From Candidatus Velthaea sp. (GTDB taxonomy: Bacteria > Vulcanimicrobiota > Vulcanimicrobiia > Vulcanimicrobiales > Vulcanimicrobiaceae): 64,000 nt of DNA. The notes under the pieces are model-generated. The model worked only from the letters and a program-made list of their open reading frames with translations. It had not been told where the DNA came from and searched no databases. The first letter of the stretch is position 1. Every line of letters begins with the position of its first letter. The DNA is taken from positions 55,231 to 119,230 of the forward strand of contig CBDCCS010000014.1 of NCBI GenBank assembly GCA_965214935.1. The letters run 5' to 3'. A program made the position numbers and the translations under genes. Positions 10,055-19,463 of the stretch are shown here, piece by piece.

Positions 10055-11118
10055 GTTGCCGCGTGCGCGGATGCCGGCGTGAAAAGCGAGATCTCGCGCG
10101 GCATTTCGAGCGTTAACGTCGCAACCCGCGTTCCGAGCAGCCGGATCGGCTTGCCGGTCATGTCGGTTCGCTGCCAGCACAAACGCGCGGCGGCAAAAAT
10201 ACTGTCTGCGTCGTCGGTCGGTACGCCCAAATGCATCTGCCGGCCGACGATGCTGAAATCGCTGCGCTTTACCTTCACGCCGATCGTCGCTCCGCGTAAG
10301 CCGCGAATGGCGAGATCGTTCGCCAACTCGGTGGCTTGCGTTCGCAGCAAAGCAATCACTTGCCGTTCGTCACGCACGTCGTATTCGAATGTTTCTTCGG
10401 TTGAGATGGATTTGCGTTCGCGTGTGCCGTCGACGTTGCGACCGTCGATGCCGGCGGCAAGCTCGCGCGCTTGGCGACCCCAACGCCCGAAAAGCGCAAA
10501 GGCGCGCGCGTCGTCGAGCGCCGCAACGTCGCCGATGGTTCGCACGCCGGCTGCTTCAAGCCGCACTTGGGTTTTCGGACCGATTCCCCACAGCCGGCTG
10601 ACCGGCAGCGGTGCGAGAAACGCGCGCTCGGTACCCGGCGCGACCGCCGCAAGACCGTCAGGTTTGCAACTGTCCGAAGCAATTTTGGCGACCATCTTAC
10701 TTGCAGCGACACCGGCGCTGATCGTGAGCCCGACCTCGATTCGCACGCGCGTCCGAATGCGCTGTGCCCACGCGACTGCCGCGTTCAGATCCGTGGTTGC
10801 AATCGCGACGAATGCCTCGTCGAGCGATAGGCCTTCGACGGCTTGCGCATCTTGCGCGAAAATGGCAAAGACCGCTTCGGATGCAGCTTTGTATTTTGCA
10901 AAATCGGGCGGGACGACGACGAGGTCCGGGCAGGCCGCCAACGCCCGATAGAGCGGGAGGGCCGAGCGAACGCCGAACGGCCGCGCTTCATACGACGCGG
11001 TCAGCACCACTGAACGACGGCTGCTCCCGGCCACCGCCAACGGACGTCCGCGGAGCGACGGATCGTCGCGTTGCGCCACCGCGGCGTAAAACGCGTCGAG
11101 GTCGAAGTGCAAGATCAT
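10051..11118 (-). CDS. dinB: DNA polymerase IV
   Basis: ILHFDLDAFYA, ASYEARPFGV, SLDEAF, AKIASD..KPDG, LWGIG. Confidence 0.95.
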   Translation of the reverse strand: MILHFDLDAFYAAVAQRDDPSLRGRPLAVAGSSRRSVVLTASYEARPFGVRSALPLYRALAACPDLVVVPPDFAKYKAASEAVFAIFAQDAQAVEGLSLDEAFVAIATTDLNAAVAWAQRIRTRVRIEVGLTISAGVAASKMVAKIASDSCKPDGLAAVAPGTERAFLAPLPVSRLWGIGPKTQVRLEAAGVRTIGDVAALDDARAFALFGRWGRQARELAAGIDGRNVDGTRERKSISTEETFEYDVRDERQVIALLRTQATELANDLAIRGLRGATIGVKVKRSDFSIVGRQMHLGVPTDDADSIFAAARLCWQRTDMTGKPIRLLGTRVATLTLEMPREISLFTPASAHAAT

Positions 11119-11135
11119 CTTGGACCGGCGTCGGC

Positions 11136-11972
11136 CTAAGCGGCGAAGATGCTGCGAATTGTGCGCATGTTGCGCTCGTCGTCCGCGTCTTCGCCGGGTG
11201 TTTCGAGGATCGCCGTTTTCCCGGCGAGCGCGGGGTGGGCGGCAAGCGCGTGAAAACCGTCAAAGCCGATCAGGCCTTCGCCGATATGCCAGTGGCGATC
11301 TTTATGCGCCCCCAGCGGAACTTGCGTGTCGTTGAAGTGAAACATCACGACGCGTTCGAGCCCGATGTGCTCGTCAGCGCGAGTCAAGAACCGGTCCACG
11401 CCGGCGCGCGAGTCGATGTCGTAACCGGCCGCCCAGGAGTGGGCGGTGTCGAGACAAACGGCAAGTTGCGGATGATCGACGGCTTTAACGAGCGCTCCGA
11501 GTTCTTCGATCGTTCCGCCACACAGTTGACCCGCACCGGCGCTGTTTTCCATAACGAGCAAAACGCCCGGCGCAATCTTCGCCAAGGCTTCCTCGAGCGC
11601 CCAGACCACGGCGACGAAGCCGTCACGCCGGTCGCGTTTTCCGAACGAACCGAGATGCGTGTTCACGAAATCGACCGAACCCGTGGCAGCTACGGCAAGA
11701 TCGTTGACGAGCAGCCGCAACGAATTCGCGACGATCTTTTGATCTTCACTCGCGAGATTGATGAGGTACGAGGTGTGAATTGCCGCCGCCCGGATGCCGG
11801 CGGCTTGCCGCTTTGCCGCGAAACCTTCGAGTGCCGGAACATCGATCGGCCCGAACCGGTATGTTTTGGGATTGCCGCTAAAAAATTGAACGGCCGTACA
11901 CTGCAGCCGCTGCGCGTAAGCGACGGCCTCATCGTAGCCGCTGCCGACGCCGACGTGCAGGCCGAATTCCAT
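11136..11972 (-). CDS. nfo: Endonuclease IV (AP endonuclease)
   Basis: GLHV, HTSYLINLAS, MENSAG, CLDTAH, HFND...KDRH..IG.G, ILETP; ATG at 11972. Confidence 0.92.
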   Translation of the reverse strand: MEFGLHVGVGSGYDEAVAYAQRLQCTAVQFFSGNPKTYRFGPIDVPALEGFAAKRQAAGIRAAAIHTSYLINLASEDQKIVANSLRLLVNDLAVAATGSVDFVNTHLGSFGKRDRRDGFVAVVWALEEALAKIAPGVLLVMENSAGAGQLCGGTIEELGALVKAVDHPQLAVCLDTAHSWAAGYDIDSRAGVDRFLTRADEHIGLERVVMFHFNDTQVPLGAHKDRHWHIGEGLIGFDGFHALAAHPALAGKTAILETPGEDADDERNMRTIRSIFAA

Positions 11973-11974
11973 GC

Positions 11975-12730
11975 TTATGGCGCGGCCGATCCCACGTAAA
12001 TAAACTGCGTGTAGCGAACGTCGATACGGGCGGCCGGCGAACCGTATTTGGCTTGCAACCCGGCGGCCAGCGCCGCCAAATACGCCGGCTGGCGCGAGCC
12101 GTAGGCATCGCGCGACATCGCGCGCGAACGCTCGTAACCGAGCCAATCATCGACGCTGAAGCGCGCGACAAACGGAATTACCCGCGCGACGCGCTTAGCG
12201 AACGGCGCGCGGTAGAATGCGCCGAAACCGCCGCTGAGTGCATCGCGGGCGGGCTCGACACCGGCTTGGCGCGCAGCCGTCGCCCGTAGTTCGCGCATCG
12301 GGTCGTTCGTGCCCAAGATCTTCCACCAAACCGCGATCGGCGCTCCGGGCTTCACGACGCGCGACAATTCACCGAACGCGCGGTCGGCATCGAACCAGTG
12401 AAATGCTTGGGCGCAGACCGCGCCGTCAAAACTAGCGCCGGCGAACGGCAGCGCTTCTACGCGGCCCTCGACGAAGGTTGCCTGCAAGACGGCAGCGCGC
12501 GCTGCGGCCAGCATCGGCGGCGACGGATCGATCCCCGTTACCGCCATGCCGCGGGCGGCCAGCGGACCGGACGCAAGTCCGGTGCCGCAACCGGCATCAA
12601 GTACGCTCGACCGGCGCGCAAAACCGAGGCTTTCGAGAACATCGAACAGATCGTTCGAGTATCCGATTCGATAGCGGCTGTAGTCCGCGGCGAGATCGTC
12701 GAATCCGCCGGCCGTCGCAGGGTGCATCAT
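11975..12730 (-). CDS. Class I SAM-dependent methyltransferase
   Basis: VLDAGCGTG, IDPS, AQAFHWF. Confidence 0.85.
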   Translation of the reverse strand: MMHPATAGGFDDLAADYSRYRIGYSNDLFDVLESLGFARRSSVLDAGCGTGLASGPLAARGMAVTGIDPSPPMLAAARAAVLQATFVEGRVEALPFAGASFDGAVCAQAFHWFDADRAFGELSRVVKPGAPIAVWWKILGTNDPMRELRATAARQAGVEPARDALSGGFGAFYRAPFAKRVARVIPFVARFSVDDWLGYERSRAMSRDAYGSRQPAYLAALAAGLQAKYGSPAARIDVRYTQFIYVGSAAP

Positions 12731-12748
12731 CGAATGAACTATCGGCGC

Positions 12749-13972
12749 TTACTTGCGGCGGGTGAAGCGCAATTGATTCGAGCGCATCCCGGCGGGCATG
12801 AACGTGCGGCGCGGACCGCCCGATCCCATCCCGCGCGACGGATTCTTTTCAAACGTCGTCTTGCTGATCAGGACGGCGTCGGATGGCCGTTCCCGCCGGC
12901 CGACGCGACCGATCAGCTGCTCGACTTCCGCTTCGCCGAATGCATCCGCGTCGGTCAACACGATCAAGTCGGCAGCCGGAATATCCAAGCCGCTGCCGAC
13001 CAGATTCGTCGCCGCCAGAATCGCCGGAGCACCGTCGCGAAAGGCACTCATCATTTCGACGCGCGTCGCACTGCCGTGCACTTTAACGCCGTTACGCCGA
13101 TGGCGCTTGCCGTGTTCGGTCGTATCGGCCATATCGCCGCGCAACTGCTGAACGGCGATCCCGTAGGTTGCTTCGAGACGCTCGGCCAGCTTGGGTACGT
13201 CGCCGCGCGTGCGGCTGATGACGAAGATCCTTGATTTGCGTTCGAGGTGATCGCGAATGAGCGTGTCGGCGTGTAAGAGCTGTTCGGCCGGTGGTTCGCC
13301 CCAGACGCCTTCGGGCTTATGAACCGTGGTCGGAATGACGTCGAACGGCATTTTCTTCATCGCCACGATGTTGTCCATCGCACCGATGCGGGTGAGAAAG
13401 GGACGCAGTTCGCTCGGCGTTGCGGTCGCAAAGAGCATCGGGCAGTCGAGGTCTTCGAGCAGCCGCAGGTGCTCGCGCTCGTCAAATGCGTTTACGTCGT
13501 CGATCACGAGCAGCGCGCTGCGGTCGATGACGTCCCACCAATGCTTACTCGAAAGCATCATCGCCGAACCGCAGACCACCCGGATCGAGCCGTCGGCTAG
13601 GCCGGAGATTGCATCGCGCCGCTCGGCCGGCGACATGCCGCCATGGACTTGCGCGACGCCCAGCGGCGTTCCGCTCAGCCGTTCATTAAAGTACGCGACA
13701 TGCTGGCGCACCAGATCGCGGGTCGGCGCGATCAAGCAAACATAACTTTCTTCTTTAAGGATGGTGTCGACGGCGACACGCAACATCACTTCGGTCTTGC
13801 CCGAGCCTGTCGGTGCTTTGAGCAAGAATTCGAAGATGTCGTCGTCGAGCCCGGCACTGATCGTATCGATCGCCGTGCGCTGATCGGCCGTAAGCGTGAA
13901 GGCTTCGCCGGGCTGGATGAGTTCGTGCGCGATCGCGACGGCCTGCGCGTTGCGATCGATGGTGGACCAGAT
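12749..13972 (-). CDS. Stand-alone RecG-like SF2 helicase core; start uncertain (first canonical start 13825, conserved sequence extends upstream)
   Basis: FTLTADQRTAI (upstream of 13825), APTGSGKT, IAPTRDLVRQH, IDDVN, ATATP, GLDIPAA, QLIGRVGR. Confidence 0.75.
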   Translation of the reverse strand: MWSTIDRNAQAVAIAHELIQPGEAFTLTADQRTAIDTISAGLDDDIFEFLLKAPTGSGKTEVMLRVAVDTILKEESYVCLIAPTRDLVRQHVAYFNERLSGTPLGVAQVHGGMSPAERRDAISGLADGSIRVVCGSAMMLSSKHWWDVIDRSALLVIDDVNAFDEREHLRLLEDLDCPMLFATATPSELRPFLTRIGAMDNIVAMKKMPFDVIPTTVHKPEGVWGEPPAEQLLHADTLIRDHLERKSRIFVISRTRGDVPKLAERLEATYGIAVQQLRGDMADTTEHGKRHRRNGVKVHGSATRVEMMSAFRDGAPAILAATNLVGSGLDIPAADLIVLTDADAFGEAEVEQLIGRVGRRERPSDAVLISKTTFEKNPSRGMGSGGPRRTFMPAGMRSNQLRFTRRK

Positions 13973-13980
13973 CTGGCGCT

Positions 13981-14667
13981 CTAGGGTAGTGATACGTTCT
14001 CGCTCTCATCGATAGGCGCGACTTGCGGCGCCGCTTCGCCGTCGGTCGTCAAGCTTGCTTCTTCGTCATCAGCGGCGCCTGGGCTTGCCGCGACCATCGC
14101 CGGAACGCGTTCGATCGGAACGGGAAAAGCAAGCTCGATCGGCGCGCCGGCATCGATGTCGATCGGCGGCAGCGCTTCGAGCGAGCGCAGACCGAACGCT
14201 TCGAGGAACTCGGCCGTCGTTTTATAGATGATCGGGCGCCCGGCGACGTCTTTACGGCCGGCTTCGGTCAAAAATCGCCGGTCGACGAGCGTGGCGAGCA
14301 CCGAGTCGGCGCTGACGCCGCGAATATTCTCGATGTCGCCTTTGGTGACCGGCTGCATGTAGGCGACGATGGCAAGCGTTTCGAGCGCCGCCGCCGACAA
14401 ATTCGACTTCGGCGGCATCAGGTATGCTTCGACGACATTGCGTGCCGCCGGAGCAGTTGCAAAGCGGTAACCGCCCGCAACTTCGCGCAGGACGATCCCA
14501 CGCGACGTGTACTCCGCATCGATCTGCTGTAAGGCGACCGTCACTTGCGCTTCGTGCCCGCCGGTGAGTTTGGCCAGCGTTTTGATCGAAAGCGATTCCG
14601 ACGCAACGAACAGCACGGCTTCGATCGAGCGCACCAGCTCGCCGGTGTCGAGCAATTCGGTTTGCAT
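13981..14667 (-). CDS. scpB: SMC-Scp complex subunit ScpB
   Basis: IEAVLF, EVAGGY, LSAAALETLAIVAYMQPVT, IRGV, GRPIIYKTT..FL..FGL. Confidence 0.95.
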   Translation of the reverse strand: MQTELLDTGELVRSIEAVLFVASESLSIKTLAKLTGGHEAQVTVALQQIDAEYTSRGIVLREVAGGYRFATAPAARNVVEAYLMPPKSNLSAAALETLAIVAYMQPVTKGDIENIRGVSADSVLATLVDRRFLTEAGRKDVAGRPIIYKTTAEFLEAFGLRSLEALPPIDIDAGAPIELAFPVPIERVPAMVAASPGAADDEEASLTTDGEAAPQVAPIDESENVSLP

Positions 14668-15401
14668 CACCCGAGCGCCGCCAATTCGATATCACCGAAG
14701 GCTTGGCGTTGCTCGAACCCGATGCGCCCGCGCCGTACGAGTTCCAGGACGGCGAGAAAGGTGACGATGATCCCGGCTCGCTCGAGTCCTTCGACGAGGG
14801 CCAGGAACCGAATGCGACCCCCGGCGCGCAACGTTCGCATTACAAACTCCATTTGCTCGATGAGCGAGACCCGTTCGCGAACGATGGTGCGCTTCTCGGG
14901 CTTGGCCGCGCGCAACGCGGCCGCCAGCGCCGCGGCGAGCTTGGCGGCATCGACCCGGTAATGCTGTACGAGCGCAGCGGTCGGGTCGCCGCCCTCGGGT
15001 CGCCAGAAGTACGCCGCCGCTTCGGTTGCCCGCGCCCGCAATTCTAAACCGGCGTCGCGATATTTCGAGTATGCGATCAGCCGTTCTCGCAGCCGCGATT
15101 CGACCACCGTCGCTGATTCTTCGGTATCCTCGAACTCGAGCGGAATCGGCGGCAAGAGCGACTTTGACTTGAGAAACACCAACGTCGCCGCGATAACCAG
15201 GTACTCGGCACAGAGCTCGACATCGAGATCGTGCATTGCCGAAATAAAGGCGAAATACTGGTTTGCAACGGTCGCCAGGGGCACCGTTGCAATATCGAGT
15301 TGCTGTTCGCGAACGAGGTTGAGCAGCAGATCGAGCGGTCCGTCGAAAACGTCGAGCGAGACGCGCAAGGTACGCTCGTCGACGGCGTCAGCCGATGTCA
15401 A
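14667..15401 (-). CDS. scpA: Segregation and condensation protein ScpA
   Basis: FDGPLDLLL, EYLVIAATL..LKSKSLLP, VTFLAVLEL. Confidence 0.95.
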   Translation of the reverse strand: MTSADAVDERTLRVSLDVFDGPLDLLLNLVREQQLDIATVPLATVANQYFAFISAMHDLDVELCAEYLVIAATLVFLKSKSLLPPIPLEFEDTEESATVVESRLRERLIAYSKYRDAGLELRARATEAAAYFWRPEGGDPTAALVQHYRVDAAKLAAALAAALRAAKPEKRTIVRERVSLIEQMEFVMRTLRAGGRIRFLALVEGLERAGIIVTFLAVLELVRRGRIGFEQRQAFGDIELAALG

Positions 15402-15886
15402 CCCGCGCTCGAATCCCTCACGGCTTCGACCGCCGGTTGCGGATCAGGCGCGAACATGTTCGAGCGGTCCTGCTCGATCCACTCGAGGGCGAGATCCACC
15501 AAGCGCTTTTCATTGACGTACTTGAGCCCGCGTTTTGCCGCCTTGATCTCGAACCAGCGGGCTTCGTCGACTTCATGATCGTGATTCGCCGTGTCGCCCG
15601 AGAGATAGTTCATCAGGTAGAAGTGAACCGATTTCTTATGTTTGGTGCGGTTGAGGTAAAACCAGTAAGAGATGTCCGAAAGCTTGATAAGAATCTCGGC
15701 CCAACAACCGGTCTCTTCGCGAACTTCGCGCAGCGCGGCTTGTTCGTGCGTCTCGCGCGCTTCTACGTGACCTTTCGGCAAAGACCAAACACGCGGCATC
15801 CCCCGCCCGATCAGCAGAGCTTCGAGGTCCGTTCCATTCCGCCGAAGGACCAAGCCTCCGGCCGACACCTCGTATTTGATGCGCAT
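15398..15886 (-). CDS. NUDIX hydrolase
   Basis: Nudix box LPKGHVEARETHEQAALREVREETG. Confidence 0.92.
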   Translation of the reverse strand: MRIKYEVSAGGLVLRRNGTDLEALLIGRGMPRVWSLPKGHVEARETHEQAALREVREETGCWAEILIKLSDISYWFYLNRTKHKKSVHFYLMNYLSGDTANHDHEVDEARWFEIKAAKRGLKYVNEKRLVDLALEWIEQDRSNMFAPDPQPAVEAVRDSSAG

Positions 15887-15940
15887 GGACCGCTTTCCGA
15901 TAAAGAGATCCCGGCACGTGTATCCCGGGAGGTTGCTCTG

Positions 15941-15949
15941 ATTCTATCA
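15941..15949 (-). promoter_or_regulatory. Putative extended -10 promoter for the NUDIX-scpAB run
   Basis: TG-A-TAGAAT on the minus strand about 55 nt upstream of the NUDIX ATG. Confidence 0.45.
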
Positions 15950-16020
15950 TTGCGGCCCAAGAAGGACGACGGCGCCGGACCGCATTCGGGCGGCGGCAAA
16001 ACGTTGGAGGACAGCCGGCA

Positions 16021-17520
16021 TTACCGGGGCGTACGGTGCCAGCGCAGGTCGGGCTGCCGGGCGGCACGCGTCTCGTCGATTCGTGCCACGGCCGTGTTGA
16101 CCGGCGCATCGAGAACGGCTTGCGGATCGCTCTTGGCCGTCGCGATGACCTCCCGGAACGATGCGATAAAAGCATCGAGCGTTTCCTTCGATTCCGTCTC
16201 GGTCGGTTCGATCATCAGACATTCCGGAACGAGCAGCGGGAAATACACGGTCGGCGCGTGGTAACCGCGATCGAGCAGCGCCTTGCCGATATCGAGCGCC
16301 CGTACGCCGGTTTCGCGTTTGAGGGCTTGTGCCGAAGCAACGAACTCATGCCGGCAGTATTCGTGGTACGGCGTATCGATGATGTCGTCGATTGAAGCTC
16401 GAATATAGTTTGCATTGAGCACCGCCAACTTCGAGACGAGCGTCAAGCCCTCGAAACCATTGGCATACACGTACGCCAGCGCGCGTACCATATGCGCGAA
16501 ATTCGACCAGAACGAACGCATCGACCCGATCGACTGCGGCCGCTCGAACTCAAGCCGGAAGGTTTTGTCGGCGGACGGCTCCCAACCGTCGGGTCCGCTT
16601 GATTCGTTGCATGTAACGACCGGTGTCGGCAAAAACGGCACAAGATGCGCGGCAACTCCGACCGGACCGGCTCCGGCGCCACCGCCTCCGTGCGGAATCG
16701 AAAACGTCTTATGCAGATTGAGGTGCATCAAATCAAAGCCCATGTCGCCCGGGCGTGAGTTGCCCATGAGCGCATTGGCGTTGGCACCGTCGTAATACAT
16801 CAAACCGCCGGCGGCATGCACCGCATCGGCGATGTCCTTGATTTGGTCTTCAAACAAGCCGAGCGTATTTGGATTGGTCATCATGCAGACCGCGGTGTCC
16901 GGTCCGATCGCAGCTTTAATTTCGTCGATTGAGACGCGTCCGCGCGTATCGGATTTGAGCGAAACGACCTTGTAGCCGACCATCGCTGCAGACGCCGGAT
17001 TCGTACCGTGCGCGGTATCCGGGACGATGACCGTGCGTCGTACCGCAGCTTGCCCGGTCTGCTTGAAATACGCTTTCGCAACGAGCAGAGCGGTAAGTTC
17101 AGCGTGCGCGCCGGCGGCCGGATTCAACGAAAAGGCGGCCATGCCGAAGAGCGATGCAAGGCTGCGCTCGAGCTCCCACATGATTGCAAGTGCGCCTTGC
17201 GCGGTCTCGTCGGGCGCGAATGGATGCAAGCCGCGCAACGCCGGCAGATTTGCCATCGCATCGTTGATCCGCGGATTGTATTTCATGGTGCACGAGCCCA
17301 GCGGGTAAAAGCCGACGTCGATGGCAAACGTCTTTTGCGACAGCCGGGTAAAGTGCCGGTTCACATCGAGTTCGGTATTGTCCGGCAACGGCAGTTCGGC
17401 GCGCAGAACGCCCGGCGGCAAGAACTCGTCGAGCGCCGGCGCGGGCGGGAGATAGCGGTTGGCACGGCCTGCTTGGCCGAGCTCAAAAATGAGCGGCGTA
17501 TCAAACGCGACTTGTTGCAT
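16021..17520 (-). CDS. gcvPB: Glycine dehydrogenase (decarboxylating) subunit 2
   Basis: YPLGSCTMKYNP, AHGTNPASA, HLNLHKTF..PHGGGG; GGAGG RBS before ATG 17520. Confidence 0.96.
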   Translation of the reverse strand: MQQVAFDTPLIFELGQAGRANRYLPPAPALDEFLPPGVLRAELPLPDNTELDVNRHFTRLSQKTFAIDVGFYPLGSCTMKYNPRINDAMANLPALRGLHPFAPDETAQGALAIMWELERSLASLFGMAAFSLNPAAGAHAELTALLVAKAYFKQTGQAAVRRTVIVPDTAHGTNPASAAMVGYKVVSLKSDTRGRVSIDEIKAAIGPDTAVCMMTNPNTLGLFEDQIKDIADAVHAAGGLMYYDGANANALMGNSRPGDMGFDLMHLNLHKTFSIPHGGGGAGAGPVGVAAHLVPFLPTPVVTCNESSGPDGWEPSADKTFRLEFERPQSIGSMRSFWSNFAHMVRALAYVYANGFEGLTLVSKLAVLNANYIRASIDDIIDTPYHEYCRHEFVASAQALKRETGVRALDIGKALLDRGYHAPTVYFPLLVPECLMIEPTETESKETLDAFIASFREVIATAKSDPQAVLDAPVNTAVARIDETRAARQPDLRWHRTPR

Positions 17521-18865
17521 GCAACGGCACCTCCGCAAGCGCGCCAACGAGAGCATCGATTTCAGCCGGCGTCGTCAATTCCGTCGCCGTCATCAAAATG
17601 CAGTCGGCGAGTTCAGGATAGAATGCGCCGAGGTCCAAGCCGCCCAAGATCCGGCGCTCGCGTAACGCTGCAAGCACCGCCCGCGCGGTGCCGGGAACGC
17701 GAAGCACGAACTCGTTAAAAACGGGCGCCGCAAAACGCGCCGAACAACCGGCGATGCGCGTCGCCTTGGCCTGCAGTTCGCGGGTGCGGGCAAGATTGTG
17801 CGCGGCGCAATCACGCAAGCCGGTCTTGCCCATCGCCGCTAAGTAAATGGTCGCACATAGCGCGCAGTGCGCTTGATTCGTGCAAATGTTCGAGGTGGCT
17901 TTTTCACGCCGAATGTGCTGCTCGCGGGCTTGCAGCGTGAGCGTATACGCAGGAGCGCCGTTTTTATCGACGGTGCGTCCGACGAGCCGGCCGGGAATGC
18001 GCCGCAATTGCTCGGTCGTCGTTGCAATGAAACCAACGTGCGGACCGCCGTATGCGATGGCGACACCGAACGATTGACCTTCACCGACGGCAATGTCGGC
18101 GCCCCAGGTACCCGGCGGCGTCAGCGCGGCAAGCGACAGTGCTTCGGCAACGACGCCGATGACGAGCGTACCGGTCGCTTTAATCGCGCGCACGGCCGCG
18201 CTCGGCAACGCATCGATCGCTCCGAAAAAATTCGGCGATTGCACGACGACGGCGGCATAACGCTGCTCGGCCAAAAGTGCCTCGATGTTCTCCACGTCGG
18301 TCAAGCCGTTTGCGGCGTACGGCAGTTCATCGATGTCGAGGTCGAGCCCGTCGGCGTACGTTCGCAAAACGGTTCGGTAATTGGGGTGCAGCGCCGCGGA
18401 AACCAGCAACGCTTTGCGGCCTGTTGCATTGACGGCCATGATCGCGCCTTCGGCCAGCGCCGTGGCGCCGTCGTAGACCGACGCGTTGGCGACGTCCAGA
18501 CCCGTCAACAGCGCGATATACGTTTGCCACTCGTAAATCGCTTGCAGGTAGCCCTGCGATACCTCGGCTTGATACGGCGTGTAAGCGGTCAGGAATTCGC
18601 CGCGCATCGCTAGCGCGCCGACGATCGGCGGCGTGTAATGACGGTAAGCGCCGGCACCGAGAAACGAGCTATAGGTTCCGGCCGTCGTGCGTTGCGTAAA
18701 GCGATCGAACGCCGTGGCAATCTCTGATTCGGCAAGCGCCGGCGGCAGCGAGACGGGTCCGCGCAAAGCAACGTCGGGCGGAACAGCGACGAGTTCGTCG
18801 AGTGAATCCGCGCCGATGACCTCGAGCATCGCTGCGATATCGGCGGACGTATGCGGTGTGTAGAT
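17501..18865 (-). CDS. gcvPA: Glycine dehydrogenase (decarboxylating) subunit 1; probable ATC start at 18865 (first ATG 18829)
   Basis: FLGAGAY.H, EFLTAYTPYQAEVSQG, NASVYDG, REQHIRREKATSNICTNQ. Confidence 0.95.
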   Translation of the reverse strand: MYTPHTSADIAAMLEVIGADSLDELVAVPPDVALRGPVSLPPALAESEIATAFDRFTQRTTAGTYSSFLGAGAYRHYTPPIVGALAMRGEFLTAYTPYQAEVSQGYLQAIYEWQTYIALLTGLDVANASVYDGATALAEGAIMAVNATGRKALLVSAALHPNYRTVLRTYADGLDLDIDELPYAANGLTDVENIEALLAEQRYAAVVVQSPNFFGAIDALPSAAVRAIKATGTLVIGVVAEALSLAALTPPGTWGADIAVGEGQSFGVAIAYGGPHVGFIATTTEQLRRIPGRLVGRTVDKNGAPAYTLTLQAREQHIRREKATSNICTNQAHCALCATIYLAAMGKTGLRDCAAHNLARTRELQAKATRIAGCSARFAAPVFNEFVLRVPGTARAVLAALRERRILGGLDLGAFYPELADCILMTATELTTPAEIDALVGALAEVPLHATSRV

Positions 18866-18966
18866 GAGTTCAACTCCCGGCGGTGCGGACGTCTGCGGCG
18901 CGGGGCAGCAGCATGCAGATCGTACCGGCGTATTAGACCGCGAAGCGCGGTCGCCCGTTTTTGCGC

Positions 18967-19347
18967 TTACTCTTCGGTCAGCGCGTCGTACGTCTCGGGC
19001 GATAACAGATTCGCCGTCTCCGCTTGATCGGCAATCTTGACCCGGAAAAGCCAGCCTTCGGCGAACGGCTCGCGATTGAGCAGCGCGGGATCGCCCTCGA
19101 GCGCTTTATTGACTTCGAGTACTTCGCCGCCGACGGGCGTATACAGATCGGAGACCGCCTTCACGGATTCGACCACGCCGATATTGCCGAACTGCTGCAA
19201 GGTCGCGCCGACGCGCGGGAGTTCAACGTAGACGATATCGCCTAGCGAATGTTGCGCGTAGTCGGTGATGCCGACCGTCGCGGTATCACCGTCAAGCTTC
19301 ACCCACTCGTGTTCTTTGCTATATAACAATCCGGCCGGCTGGGACAC
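18967..19347 (-). CDS. gcvH: Glycine cleavage system H protein
   Basis: YSKEHEW, VGITDYAQ, VESVKAVSD (lipoyl Lys); AAGGAG RBS, GTG start. Confidence 0.96.
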   Translation of the reverse strand: MSQPAGLLYSKEHEWVKLDGDTATVGITDYAQHSLGDIVYVELPRVGATLQQFGNIGVVESVKAVSDLYTPVGGEVLEVNKALEGDPALLNREPFAEGWLFRVKIADQAETANLLSPETYDALTEE

Positions 19348-19463
19348 GCGATACTCCTTTAAATGACGGCACACGAGAAGCTGACGGCACAAACCATGCC
19401 GGCGCGACGACGTCGAGGACCTCCGTTTGGACGCCGGCGGCCCAGCGACGGTTGCGCTCGAGC

